DNA of 64,000 bases from positions 128,001 to 192,000 of the forward strand of contig CAWHXD010000006.1 of NCBI GenBank assembly GCA_963833225.1, read 5' to 3'. This stretch comes from an uncultured Chloroflexia bacterium. Lineage in GTDB: Bacteria > Chloroflexota > Limnocylindria > Limnocylindrales > CSP1-4. Below the pieces are notes generated by a model. That model worked only from the letters and a program-made list of their open reading frames with translations, was not told the origin of the DNA and did not search any database. The position numbers were made by a program, and so were the translations under genes. Positions 36,059 to 45,547 of the stretch are shown piece by piece (positions within the stretch are counted from its first letter, which is position 1; each line of letters begins with the position of its first letter).

Positions 36059-36880
36059 ATGACCGACGACCGCGAGCGCTGGGCCCTGATCCTTGGAGCT
36101 TCCTCCGGGATGGGCGAGGCCACCGCGCTCGCCCTGGCGGGTGCCGGCTACCGGATCTGCGGCGTCCACCTGGACTTCCGGGCTGCGCTGGCGCACGTCG
36201 AGGAGATCAAGGCCAAGATCGGCGAGCTTGGCTCCGAGGCGCTGTACTTCAACATGAACGCGGCGGACGACGACAAGCGGCATGCCGCCCTCACGACCCT
36301 CCGCGAGCGATTCGACCAGTCGGTCGCGGCCGGCGGGCATCCGTACGTCCGCGTGGTCATGCACTCGCTCGCCTTCGGCTCGCTGGTGCCGTTCCTGGCC
36401 GAGGACCCCAAGGGTGCCGTCGACCGCAAGAAGATGGAGATGACCCAGGACGTCATGGCCAACAGCCTCGTCTACTGGGTCCAGGACCTGTGGCGGAGCG
36501 GCTTCCTCGAGCGGGGATCGCGGATCTTCTCGATGACGTCGGAGGGGTCCAGCCGCGTCGTTCCCAGCTACGGGGTCGTGTCGTCGGCCAAGGCCGCGCT
36601 CGAGTCGCACACCCGGCAGCTGGCCATGGAGCTCGCCCGGCTCGGGACGGGAGTCACGGCCAACACCATCCGGGCGGGCGTCACGCGCACGCCGGCGCTG
36701 ATGAAGATCCCCGAGCGGGACGCAATCATCGAGGCGGCGACCCGCCGCAACCCCACGGGGCGAATGACAACGCCCCAGGATGTGGCGAGCACGATCCTCG
36801 CGCTCTCGGGCGAGGGGACCGACTTCATCAACGGCGAGATCATCGGCGTCGATGGCGGCGAGTTCATCACCGGCTCATAG
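36059..36880 (+). CDS. SDR oxidoreductase, FabL-like enoyl-ACP reductase
   Basis: LILGASSGMG, Y..VSSAKAALE, GVTRTPAL, NPTGRMTTPQDVA. Confidence 0.8.
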   Translation: MTDDRERWALILGASSGMGEATALALAGAGYRICGVHLDFRAALAHVEEIKAKIGELGSEALYFNMNAADDDKRHAALTTLRERFDQSVAAGGHPYVRVVMHSLAFGSLVPFLAEDPKGAVDRKKMEMTQDVMANSLVYWVQDLWRSGFLERGSRIFSMTSEGSSRVVPSYGVVSSAKAALESHTRQLAMELARLGTGVTANTIRAGVTRTPALMKIPERDAIIEAATRRNPTGRMTTPQDVASTILALSGEGTDFINGEIIGVDGGEFITGS

Positions 36881-36924
36881 GCAGCGGCCCGCGGCGCGGG
36901 CGGAAAGGAGATGGAGGCGGACCG

Positions 36925-37968
36925 ATGAGCGGTCGGGTGCTGGTCGTCGGGTCGGTCAACGTCGACCTCGTGGTCCAGACGGAGCGTCTGCCGCTGCCCG
37001 GCGAGACGGTCATGGGCGGCACGTTCAGCCGGTTCCACGGCGGCAAGGGTGGCAACCAGGCGGTCGCGGCCGCCCGCCTTGGCGTGCCCGTGATGCTGGT
37101 CGCGGCGCTGGGTGACGATGAGTTCGCCGGCGACGCACGGGCCGCGCTCGCCCGTGAAGGGATCGGCACGGATGTCCTGGTCACCCTGGACCGCACGGCG
37201 ACGGGCGTGGCCCTGATCCTCGTGGACGCCAAGGCAGAGAACCAGATCGCGGTTGCGCCCGGGGCGAACGCCGGCCTCACGGCCGCTCACGTGCGCGAGG
37301 CCCTCGGGCGGCTCAATCCGCACGCCGGTGACGCGGTCATCGTCACCCACGAGATCTCAACCGCCGCCGCGCGCGAGGCACTGCGCATCGGTCGCCAGGG
37401 TGGCGCGTGGACCATCCTCAATCCGGCGCCCGCCGATGGCTTGGACCGGACCGTGATCTCGCTGGCCGACGTCGTCGTTCCCAACCGGGGTGAGCTCGCG
37501 CGTCTTGTCGCGGACGATGCGCGGCGCTCCGGCCGGACGGCCCCGGGTCCCGACGAGCCCGTCAAGGCCGCCCGCATGCTCCTCGAGACGACGAGCGAGG
37601 GACCCGGGGCGGGCAAGGCGATTCTCGTGTCGCTGGGGTCGGCCGGGGCGGTCCTCGTCCGCCGCGACGGCCCCGCGATCGACATCAAGGCCCCCAGGGT
37701 GAAGGCAATCGATGCCACGGGCGCGGGTGATGCGCTCAATGGGGCGCTGGCCGCCGCGCTTGCCACGGGGCTGGACCTCGAGGCGGCGGCGCGTCGAGCG
37801 GTGGTTGCCGCCAGCGTGTCCGTCACGCGGGCGGGTGCTCGTGAGGGCTACCCGACACTTGACGAGCTGGCGATCGCGCTCGGCCAGACGCCGCCGTCAC
37901 AGCTCCGTGCCGAGGCAGAGGCCGCCGCGCGGGCGGAGGCGGAGACCGAGTCGACCGGGTCGGCCTGA
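36925..37968 (+). CDS. rbsK: Ribokinase
   Basis: VVGSVNVD, GGKGGNQAVAAARLG, LNPAP, DATGAGD. Confidence 0.85.
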   Translation: MSGRVLVVGSVNVDLVVQTERLPLPGETVMGGTFSRFHGGKGGNQAVAAARLGVPVMLVAALGDDEFAGDARAALAREGIGTDVLVTLDRTATGVALILVDAKAENQIAVAPGANAGLTAAHVREALGRLNPHAGDAVIVTHEISTAAAREALRIGRQGGAWTILNPAPADGLDRTVISLADVVVPNRGELARLVADDARRSGRTAPGPDEPVKAARMLLETTSEGPGAGKAILVSLGSAGAVLVRRDGPAIDIKAPRVKAIDATGAGDALNGALAAALATGLDLEAAARRAVVAASVSVTRAGAREGYPTLDELAIALGQTPPSQLRAEAEAAARAEAETESTGSA

Positions 37969-37970
37969 CC

Positions 37971-39011
37971 CTAGCCGAGCCGGTGCTCGGCCGCCCAGGC
38001 CGTCCTGACGCGCGCCTCCGGGGTCATCCCCAGGCGGCCGTTGTCGTCCACCCACCACGCGGCCACGCCGCGCGCCCGGGCATCGTCGGCGATGCCGTCG
38101 TGTCCGGCAAGGAACAGGGCCTTGCTCCAGACCTCCGCCCAGGCCGGGTCGGGGGCGGCCACGGTCACGGCGATCAGCCCGGTGCGAGCTGGGTCGCCCG
38201 TGCGCGGGTCCACCAGGTGGTGCACGGCCATCCCATCCGGTCCAACCCAGTTCCGGACCCGGACGGACGACGTTGCGACGGCACCCGCCCCCACGGCCAC
38301 GACCACTACCGGGTCGGCGCTCGCAGGATCCGGCGCGGCGGGATCCTCGACCCCGACCTGCCAGCCATCGGCCGGCGCCTCGCCACCAGCCACGAGGTCG
38401 CCACCCGCATCGAGCAGCAGCCCCGCACCGGGCTCCAGCGCTCCGAGCGCCCGATCGCGAGCCCAGCGAAGGGCGAGCCCCTTGCCGATCCCGCCCAGGT
38501 CGACCGGAATGGAAGGCACATGGACGAGCCGGCCGGCGTCAGTGGAACCCTGGGGGTCAGGCGCGGCCGCGGGCAACGCATCGAGCCGCGATTGCGCGTC
38601 GCCATCACCCGGCGCCAGGTCCGCGCCGTGCTCGCCGATCCGTTCCAGCGCCCCCAGCACGGAGGCGTCGAACCGTCCGTCGGTCACGCGAGCCGCCCGG
38701 TCGATCGCGGCGAGCGCCCTGCGCAGGCGCCATGAGACGCGGACGATCTGTCCGCTGCCGGCGAGCCGGTTGATGCGCGTGAGCTCCGAGTCGTCGCGGA
38801 ACCGCGAGAGGGCAAGGTCAACCGCGTCGAACTCGGATCGAACCTCCGCCCATGCGCGGTCGGCGGCGGCCAGCGCCGCGGCCGAGGCGGGCTCAGGAAG
38901 CCGGACCGTCATTCGGAGCGCGGATCCGAGCGCGCGCGCCGCGAAGGCGACGGTCCGATCTGGACCGTCGCCTTCGAGTGGAGGAGCCCCGGCAGGTGGG
39001 ATGAAGTTGAT
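37971..39011 (-). CDS. apbE: FAD:protein FMN transferase (ApbE family), no signal peptide; start uncertain (possibly ATC 39011)
   Basis: ALGS, LSRFRDDSELTRIN, TDGRFD, DLGGIGKG, DAGGDL, VATSS, HHLVDPRTG, AEVWSKA. Confidence 0.9.
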   Translation of the reverse strand: MNFIPPAGAPPLEGDGPDRTVAFAARALGSALRMTVRLPEPASAAALAAADRAWAEVRSEFDAVDLALSRFRDDSELTRINRLAGSGQIVRVSWRLRRALAAIDRAARVTDGRFDASVLGALERIGEHGADLAPGDGDAQSRLDALPAAAPDPQGSTDAGRLVHVPSIPVDLGGIGKGLALRWARDRALGALEPGAGLLLDAGGDLVAGGEAPADGWQVGVEDPAAPDPASADPVVVVAVGAGAVATSSVRVRNWVGPDGMAVHHLVDPRTGDPARTGLIAVTVAAPDPAWAEVWSKALFLAGHDGIADDARARGVAAWWVDDNGRLGMTPEARVRTAWAAEHRLG

Positions 39012-39018
39012 CGCGGCC

Positions 39019-39579
39019 TCAGCCTCCGGACGCACCGGACTTGCCGGAGGTCTTCGGGGCAGAGCCTCCGCCGCCGCCGCCGCTCGAGATCGGGCCGCGA
39101 ATGGACACCGTCGGCAGCTTGATCCGGGCCGGAAGGGCCGCGGCCGAGCCCTGGACTTCGGCAACCAGGGCCGCCAGGCTGTCCAGCCGCGCCTGGTAGG
39201 CCGCAACATCGGCCCCCGTTGCCCCGTAATCGGTGATCAGCGCGCTGATGGAGCCGTTCGCGGCCTGGATCCGGGCCGCCAGCGCGTCGTTCGCGGCCTT
39301 CGACGTGGCGACCGCCTGGAGCAGCGGCTCCCGGGTCGCGGCGATCGAGGCGTCGTCCCGAGCCTGGAGGACGGAGATCCCGGCCAGCGTCGCGGCGTAC
39401 ATGGCCGCCGAGGCACCGATCAGCATCCCGGCCCGGGCGGGCATCGAGAGGATGGTCTCGTGCCGCGCGACGGTCGGACGATCGATCGCCCGCGGCACGG
39501 CGATGGGACTCTCGGTCGCGCCGGCCGCCGGTCGACGGCGGACTCCAACGCCGATGGCGGGGAGGGCGCGCTCAGTCAT
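39019..39579 (-). CDS. Membrane-anchored coiled-coil protein with C-terminal SGAS (candidate flavinylation substrate)
   Basis: Hydrophobic segment GMLIGASAAMYAATLAGISV, Ala/Gln heptads, tail GGGGGGSAPKTSGKSGASGG; start overlaps upstream stop. Confidence 0.7.
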   Translation of the reverse strand: MTERALPAIGVGVRRRPAAGATESPIAVPRAIDRPTVARHETILSMPARAGMLIGASAAMYAATLAGISVLQARDDASIAATREPLLQAVATSKAANDALAARIQAANGSISALITDYGATGADVAAYQARLDSLAALVAEVQGSAAALPARIKLPTVSIRGPISSGGGGGGSAPKTSGKSGASGG

Positions 39580-40081
39580 CGTCCCGCTCCCCACCGCCGC
39601 CACCACCACCGCCGCCCCCGCCGCCACCACCACTGCTGCGCCTCGCGGCGGCCTGGCGATTGAGCGCGGCCTGGCGGGTCGCCGCGCGATTGAGCGCGTC
39701 GAGGCGGCCCTGCGCGGACTTGAGCTGCTTCTGCATCTTGGTGAGCTTGTCCTTGGCGGCCGCCAGCTGGTCCTGGAGCAGCGTGGCGCTCTCGGTGTCA
39801 CTGTCCATGGAGCCATTGGCCGCGATCAGCGCGGCCTGGAGGTCTGACACCTGCGTCGCCACGCCGCCGATCTGCGCCTCGAGGTCTGCGGCGCGCCCGG
39901 ATTCGGCCGCGTACTGGTCGTTGATCGTGCTCAGGCTCACCGGAGACGTGTCGAGGGGCGCTTCCGCCACCCGCCATTCGGACGCGAGCTGGACGGTGTA
40001 CGCGCCAACGCCGATCACGGCGGCGGTCGCGGCGAGCACGAGCGCGCGTCGTGCGATCCTGGTGAGCAGGTCCCTGGACAT
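39572..40081 (-). CDS. Membrane-anchored coiled-coil protein with poly-Gly/acidic tail
   Basis: GGAGGAG SD; ARRALVLAATAAVIGVGAY TM; long heptad helix; poly-Gly then ERDDD. Confidence 0.75.
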   Translation of the reverse strand: MSRDLLTRIARRALVLAATAAVIGVGAYTVQLASEWRVAEAPLDTSPVSLSTINDQYAAESGRAADLEAQIGGVATQVSDLQAALIAANGSMDSDTESATLLQDQLAAAKDKLTKMQKQLKSAQGRLDALNRAATRQAALNRQAAARRSSGGGGGGGGGGGGGGERDDD

Positions 40082-40788
40082 CAGGACTCCTCCACGGTGA
40101 CGGTTGCCGGCCGGGGCCGGACGAGGGACATGGACGACGTTGCCGGCTCCTCGACGCGCCGCGGGCGAGCCTTCGCGGTCCACCAGCGATGGGCGACGCC
40201 CAGGAGGATCGGCACGCCGGTCGCCACGTACAGCGGCATGAGCGCGCCGCCGTCCGTGCCGGCAAGGACGCTGTGCACCCACGTGAGCAGGAACGTCAGC
40301 GCCGAGAGACGATGGATCTTGAGCCACCACCCGTCGGGCAGGAGCTTGGTCCACTTGGCGGTGATCGCGGTGACGAGCATCGCGTACGCGGTCAGCGTTC
40401 CGATTGCGATGGCGGGTGTCCGGTACTCGGACAGGCCCGGGACCAGCGCGCCGAGCCAGCCGACCTTGGCGAACGGGTCGATCGCCATCAGGACGATGTG
40501 CAGGATGAGGAACGCCCAGACGAAGACGGTGAGCAGCTCGTGCCACGGAACGACCTGGCGGGTCGTCCGCCAGGCTGCGGTATTGCGCGGGTGGCTGAGG
40601 ACGAGGCCAAGGCCCACCTGGAGGGTGAGCAGGAGGTAGGCAGTCACCCCGAGTGCGCGCGCGGCGATCCACGGTCGCAGCTCGAGGACCCGGGGATCAG
40701 CTGCGGGGAGCACCTGGTCGGTGACGGCCAGCGCCACGAGGGCGACCACGGCCCCGATGGCGACGAGCGTGATGGCGCCGATGCGCAT
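40081..40788 (-). CDS. Ferric reductase-like/MsrQ-like diheme b membrane protein
   Basis: GGAGG SD; ~6 TMs; four His (WHE, LHI, IHR, VHS); W..ARALG and W..IHRL motifs. Confidence 0.82.
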   Translation of the reverse strand: MRIGAITLVAIGAVVALVALAVTDQVLPAADPRVLELRPWIAARALGVTAYLLLTLQVGLGLVLSHPRNTAAWRTTRQVVPWHELLTVFVWAFLILHIVLMAIDPFAKVGWLGALVPGLSEYRTPAIAIGTLTAYAMLVTAITAKWTKLLPDGWWLKIHRLSALTFLLTWVHSVLAGTDGGALMPLYVATGVPILLGVAHRWWTAKARPRRVEEPATSSMSLVRPRPATVTVEES

Positions 40789-40892
40789 GCCTGGACCTCC
40801 GTGGCGTCTCCGCATGGTGTGGTACGACTCCGAGGCAGCCCAGCACCCGAAGGTTTCACCTCGACCGGCGCCGTTGGTCCCCCGCCCACCCC

Positions 40893-40919
40893 GTACCAGC
40901 CGGCGGGCGCCGCTGGTAC
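40893..40919 (-). terminator. Hairpin downstream of metal-binding protein gene
   Basis: GTACCAGC...GCTGGTAC stem. Confidence 0.4.
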
Positions 40920-40928
40920 CCGGGCTCG

Positions 40929-41855
40929 TCAGCCGCCCAGCGCCCGGACCACCTGGTCGAGGTTCCAGGTCATCACGCCCACGTAGGTGTCGACCGGGGC
41001 ATCACCAACCGTGTCCGTGTACAGGTCGGAGACCACCACCACGCCCGTCTCGTCCGCGATGGTCCGCACGAGGTCCTCGCTGAACTGGGCCTCCGCGAAG
41101 ATCGCGCGGACGCTGTCCGCCCTGACCACGCGGATGAGGTTCGCAACGTCGCCAGCGCTCGGGTCCTGGCCGGGTGCGTCGACGATCGTGCCGTCGATCC
41201 GGAGGCCGTAGGCGGCGGCGAAGTACGGGAACGCATCGTGGAACGAGAGGACCGTGCGGTTTGCCTCCGGGATCGCCCCGAGCGTCGCGCGCAGCGTCGC
41301 GTCGAGACCGTCGAGCACCTCGGTGTAGGCGCTGAGCCCGGCCGCGTACTCGGCAGCGTGCCCCGGATCCACCGCCGTGAGCTGCTCGGCGATGCGCTCC
41401 GCGTACTTGGCGGCGTAGGCCGCGTTGAGCCAGAGATGGGGGTTTGTCGCCAGGCCGTCGGGGCCGCTCGTGATGTAGTCGACGCCGGGGAGGTCCTCGC
41501 CAAGGCGGACGACGGGAGCGGCCGTGCCCGCGTCGGTCACCAGGTTCGCCAGCCAGTCGTCGAGCCCCAGGCCGTTGAGGAACACGAGATCGGCGGCGGC
41601 GAGTCGCCGCACGTCTGACGGCGTGGGGTCGAAGGTGTGGACCTCGCCGCCCCGCGGCACGAGGCTGTCCACCGTCACCCGGCTGCCACCGACCTGGGCG
41701 ACCAGGTCGGCCAGGATCGTGGTCGTCGTCACCACCTGCACACCACCGGACGACGGTGCGGCCGCACCCCCCGTGTCGGCGCATGCGGCCGTGAGAACGA
41801 TCAGGATCAGGGCGGAGATCACCAGCGGCATCGCCCGCACGGGTCGGCGCGTCAT
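40929..41855 (-). CDS. Zn/Mn ABC transporter substrate-binding lipoprotein (ZnuA-like)
   Basis: Lipobox LTAAC, EVHTFDP, NGLGLD, NPHLWL, HDAFPYF. Confidence 0.92.
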   Translation of the reverse strand: MTRRPVRAMPLVISALILIVLTAACADTGGAAAPSSGGVQVVTTTTILADLVAQVGGSRVTVDSLVPRGGEVHTFDPTPSDVRRLAAADLVFLNGLGLDDWLANLVTDAGTAAPVVRLGEDLPGVDYITSGPDGLATNPHLWLNAAYAAKYAERIAEQLTAVDPGHAAEYAAGLSAYTEVLDGLDATLRATLGAIPEANRTVLSFHDAFPYFAAAYGLRIDGTIVDAPGQDPSAGDVANLIRVVRADSVRAIFAEAQFSEDLVRTIADETGVVVVSDLYTDTVGDAPVDTYVGVMTWNLDQVVRALGG

Positions 41856-41861
41856 CCCGGC

Positions 41862-42329
41862 TCAGCCCTCCTGCGCCTGGGCCGACGCTGCCTGGCAGGC
41901 GGCGCACAGTCCGAAGATCTCGAGCCGATGCTCGGTGACCCGGAAGCTCGAGCGGCGCCCGATCTCGCCGAGGATCTCCGCGAGGCCGCGATCCGCCACA
42001 TCGAACGAGCGGCCACAACCGGTGCAGATCGCGTGGTGGTGGTGGATCGGGTCACAGGCGACGTAGGCGTGATCGCCCCCGGGCAGGTCGATCCGCTCGA
42101 CGAGGCCCAGCGACGCGAACAGGTCCAGCGCCCGGAAGATCGTTGCCCGGCCCACGTCCAGCTGCCGGCGGCGAGCGTCGTCCTCGAGCTGCGCCGCGGT
42201 GAAATGGCCCTCGCGAGCCGCGATCAGATCGGCGACGGCGCGCCGTGGCGCCGTGAGCCGCTGGCCGGCCCGTTGGAGCGCGGCGACAAGGTGGCCGCCG
42301 ATGGGGGCCTCAGCCGGTGCGGTGGTCAC
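41862..42329 (-). CDS. Fur family regulator (Zur-like)
   Basis: GQRLTAPR, HFTA, RATIFRAL, HHHHAICTGCG, GLCAAC. Confidence 0.9.
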   Translation of the reverse strand: MTTAPAEAPIGGHLVAALQRAGQRLTAPRRAVADLIAAREGHFTAAQLEDDARRRQLDVGRATIFRALDLFASLGLVERIDLPGGDHAYVACDPIHHHHAICTGCGRSFDVADRGLAEILGEIGRRSSFRVTEHRLEIFGLCAACQAASAQAQEG

Positions 42330-43210
42330 GCCGGCGTTCCGCCGACCGCCAGGGCGTCGTCGACCACCACGGGATCCGACCGGTGCCGCCGCCTGGCGAG
42401 CGGTCCGCGCGGCCCGAGGAGGAGGGCCACACCGAAGGCGGCTGTCTGGACCAGGACGATGGTGGCGCCGCTCGCGACGTCGGCCCAGTAGGACACGTAG
42501 AGTCCCACGACCGCGCTGGCGATCCCGATCACGGCGGCCAGCAGCATCACCCGCGTGAACTGCACCGTGAGCAGCTGGGCGGCAGCTGCCGGGGTGACCA
42601 GCATGGCCACGACCAGGATGATCCCCACGGCCTGGAGGCTGACGACGATCGTGAGCGCGACCAGCGCCAGGAACAGGTACTCGAGGCGGTCGACCTTGAT
42701 CCCCGAGGCGGCCGCCCCGAGGGGGTCGAACGTCGCGTACAGGAGCTCCTTCCAGAGCACCGCGACCGTGGCGATGACGCCGCCACCGAGGATGAGCAGG
42801 GCAACCAGGTCCCCGGTTCCGATCGCGAGGACGTTGCCGAACAGGAAGCTGAACAGGTCGGCCACGTAGCCGCGGATGCTGCTGAACATGAACACGCCGA
42901 GGGCGAAGGTGCCGGCGAACAGCACCCCGATCGCGGTGTCCTGGCGCACGCCGGCCCGCTTGGTCACGAACCCGATGGCCAGGGCGGTGCCCACGGCCGC
43001 GATCGCTGCGCCGATGTAGAACGGGATGCCGAGCAGGTAGGCGGCGACGACACCCGGGAAGCCCGCATGGGCGATCGCGTCGCCGATGAACGCCACGCCG
43101 CGCAGCACCACATAGGTGCCCACCACGGCGCACACGACGCCCACGAGCGCGAGGGCGACCAGCGCCCGGATGAAGAAGCCGTCACCGAGGGGACCGAGCA
43201 GGAGGTCCAT
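42326..43210 (-). CDS. Zn/Mn ABC transporter permease (ZnuB-like)
   Basis: GDAIAHAGFPG, LFGNVL, TFDP, VGIILV..P. Confidence 0.92.
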   Translation of the reverse strand: MDLLLGPLGDGFFIRALVALALVGVVCAVVGTYVVLRGVAFIGDAIAHAGFPGVVAAYLLGIPFYIGAAIAAVGTALAIGFVTKRAGVRQDTAIGVLFAGTFALGVFMFSSIRGYVADLFSFLFGNVLAIGTGDLVALLILGGGVIATVAVLWKELLYATFDPLGAAASGIKVDRLEYLFLALVALTIVVSLQAVGIILVVAMLVTPAAAAQLLTVQFTRVMLLAAVIGIASAVVGLYVSYWADVASGATIVLVQTAAFGVALLLGPRGPLARRRHRSDPVVVDDALAVGGTPA

Positions 43211-44127
43211 CAGCGGTTCACCTCGTGGAAGTGGCGCTCGCCGGGGTTCGCGTCGTCGTGGTGGTGGGCGTCATCGAGGACGATCGTCGAACCACCCAGG
43301 ATCAGCAGGTGGCCGCCATACGCCGCCGCGAGCACATCGGTGTCGAGGACCAGCTCCGACGGGCCGTACGCGACCACCGTGCGGTTGATGGCGAGGACCT
43401 GCTGGAACCGTTGCGAGGCGCACGCGAGATCATGCGTCGTGGCGACCACGGTCTTGCCCCGCGCGGCCTGGGCCTCGAGAAGGTCCATCAGCAGCTCCTG
43501 GGTGGTGGCGTCGATGCCCGTCACCGGCTCGTCGAGCAGGAACAGGTCCGGCTCGGCGGCGAGCGCACGGGCCAGGAACACGCGCCGGCGCTGGCCGCCG
43601 GACAGCCGCCCGATCTGCGTCCCCAGATGGCCGTCCATGTGGACCTGTCCGAGGGCGTCACGGACGGCGCGCCGGTCGTCCGGACCGGGACGACGGACCC
43701 GCCCCAGTCGTGGAAAGCGGCCCATCATGACGACATCCTCGACCGAGACCGGGAATGCCCAGTCCACCAGCTCCGCCTGCGGGACGTAGGCGACCCGCCT
43801 CGCCTCCCGGCCCGCGGGGCCGCCGAGCACCTCGATCCGGCCGCTCCACGGGGTGGCCAGCCCGGCCATCAGCTTGAGCAGCGTGCTCTTGCCCGCGCCG
43901 TTGGGGCCCACCACCGCCAGCAGGCTGCCGGGCTCCACGGCGACGGTGACGTGCTCGAGGGCCGTGCGCTCGCCGTAGCCCGCGGAGACGTCGCTCAGCC
44001 ACACGTCCGCATGGGCGTGCGCATGGGCCGCGTCCACGCCGGCCGCCGGGTCGTGGTCGTGGCCGCGATGGGCAGGGATGCCCGCAGGGTGGGAAGTCCC
44101 CGGCGGAGCCGGGCTCAGGGTGTCCAT
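43210..44127 (-). CDS. Zn/Mn ABC transporter ATPase (ZnuC-like), His-rich termini
   Basis: GPNGAGKST, YVPQ..VDW.FP, LSGGQ, LLDEP. Confidence 0.92.
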   Translation of the reverse strand: MDTLSPAPPGTSHPAGIPAHRGHDHDPAAGVDAAHAHAHADVWLSDVSAGYGERTALEHVTVAVEPGSLLAVVGPNGAGKSTLLKLMAGLATPWSGRIEVLGGPAGREARRVAYVPQAELVDWAFPVSVEDVVMMGRFPRLGRVRRPGPDDRRAVRDALGQVHMDGHLGTQIGRLSGGQRRRVFLARALAAEPDLFLLDEPVTGIDATTQELLMDLLEAQAARGKTVVATTHDLACASQRFQQVLAINRTVVAYGPSELVLDTDVLAAAYGGHLLILGGSTIVLDDAHHHDDANPGERHFHEVNR

Positions 44128-44144
44128 ATGAGACACAGTATCAT
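44128..44144. promoter_or_regulatory. Putative Fur/Zur box overlapping the -10 of the metal ABC operon
   Basis: ATGAGACACAGTATCAT, imperfect 7-1-7 palindrome abutting the ATG and containing GATACT on the minus strand. Confidence 0.6.
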
Positions 44145-44237
44145 CTAGCGACACACGTCGCGAATCCTGCCCCAACGCCGCGTGTGCGCGACAATGCTGT
44201 CTGTTCCTCGCCCCCAGCACCAGACCGGAGGCCTCCC

Positions 44238-45071
44238 CTGAGCGGCAAACAACCCACCCCGTCGACCACCCGCAAGGAGCGTCGCGCCGCCGAGCGCCGC
44301 GACCGGTTCGAGGCCGCCCGGGAGGAGCGGCGCGCGCGCCCGGCCGGTGGCGGTGGCGGGCCCTCGTTCATCAACAGTCGGAACATGACCATCGCCGGCG
44401 TGCTGATCGGCGTGCTGATCGTGGCCGTCGTGGCCGTCGGCCAGCTGGGCAACAAGGCGACCGGCCGGCTTGTCGACCCGGGATTCGCCTACCAGGCTGC
44501 GGTCGAGGACGGGTCGAACCTGGGCTCGGTGGATGCGCCGGTCCTGCTCGAGGTCTTCGAGGACTACCAGTGCCCGGTCTGCGCCCGGTACTCGCTGGAC
44601 GTGGAGCCGACCATCGTCAACAAGTACGTGGCCAGTGGCCAGGTCCGGATCGTGCACCACGACATCGACCTGCTGGGCGGTGGCGGCGACGAGTCCCGGA
44701 TCCCGGCGCTCGGAGCCTACTGCGCGGACCAGCAGGGCCTGTACTGGTCCTACGCGCACTGGATCTACAACAACCAGGACGGTGAGAACCAGGGTGGCTT
44801 CCGGCGCGAGCGCGTGATCCAGATCGCGGTGGCGGCGGGCGTGGACGAGGCGGCCTTCAACACCTGCATGGACAGCCCGGAGGCGGCAGCCGACGTCACC
44901 CAGACCACCGACATGGCTGCCGGCCTGGGCATCAACTCCACGCCGACGCTGCGGATCAACGGTGGTGACCTGATCCGGTCGCTGCTGACCGCGACGGACC
45001 TGAGCACCCTGATCGATGCCGAGCTGGCCAAGGCCAGCGGGGCGCCGGCCTCCCCGACCACCGCCCCCTGA
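44238..45071 (+). CDS. DsbA family thiol-disulfide oxidoreductase, membrane-anchored (possible CTG start)
   Basis: TM, G..DAPV, EDYQCPVC, GINSTPT; GGAGG 6 nt before CTG. Confidence 0.88.
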   Translation: MSGKQPTPSTTRKERRAAERRDRFEAAREERRARPAGGGGGPSFINSRNMTIAGVLIGVLIVAVVAVGQLGNKATGRLVDPGFAYQAAVEDGSNLGSVDAPVLLEVFEDYQCPVCARYSLDVEPTIVNKYVASGQVRIVHHDIDLLGGGGDESRIPALGAYCADQQGLYWSYAHWIYNNQDGENQGGFRRERVIQIAVAAGVDEAAFNTCMDSPEAAADVTQTTDMAAGLGINSTPTLRINGGDLIRSLLTATDLSTLIDAELAKASGAPASPTTAP

Positions 45072-45073
45072 CC

Positions 45074-45547
45074 ATGGACGACGGAATGCCGCGGGTCCGC
45101 CGTGGACCGCTTGGCCTGCCCCTGCTCGCCTTGGTGCTGGCCGGCACCGCGATCGCCGGGTACCTGGGCCTCACCCGGCTGATCGGCGAGCCGGCGGTCT
45201 GCGGGCCGAGCCTTGGCTGCGAGACCGTCGCCCAGTCCCCGTACTCGCAGGTGCTGGGGTTCCTGCCGGTCGCATACCTCGGGTTCGGGTTCTCGCTCGT
45301 GCTGTCAGCGCTTGCCGCGACCTGGTGGTGGCGATCGGACCGGCGGGCGCTGCTGGCGGCCTACGGCCTGCTGCTGCTCGGGACCCTGTTCGCCGCGTAC
45401 CTCACCTATCTTGAGCTGTTCGTGATCGAGGCGATCTGCCCGTGGTGCGTGTCATACGCGGTGACCATCGTCGTGGCGCTCGCGATCGCGGGGCTTGCCC
45501 TGCGGCGCAGCTCGCGGGGCCCGGACGCGTCAGCCGACCGTCCCTAG
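45074..45547 (+). CDS. Vitamin K epoxide reductase (VKOR) family protein
   Basis: C....GC..V..SPYS, PVAYLG, YLELFVIEAICPWC. Confidence 0.92.
   Translation: MDDGMPRVRRGPLGLPLLALVLAGTAIAGYLGLTRLIGEPAVCGPSLGCETVAQSPYSQVLGFLPVAYLGFGFSLVLSALAATWWWRSDRRALLAAYGLLLLGTLFAAYLTYLELFVIEAICPWCVSYAVTIVVALAIAGLALRRSSRGPDASADRP

Noticed and set aside
40822-40858. ECF promoter TGAAAC...CGTA for the flavinylation operon
   Set aside because: Spacer is about 26 nt, too long.
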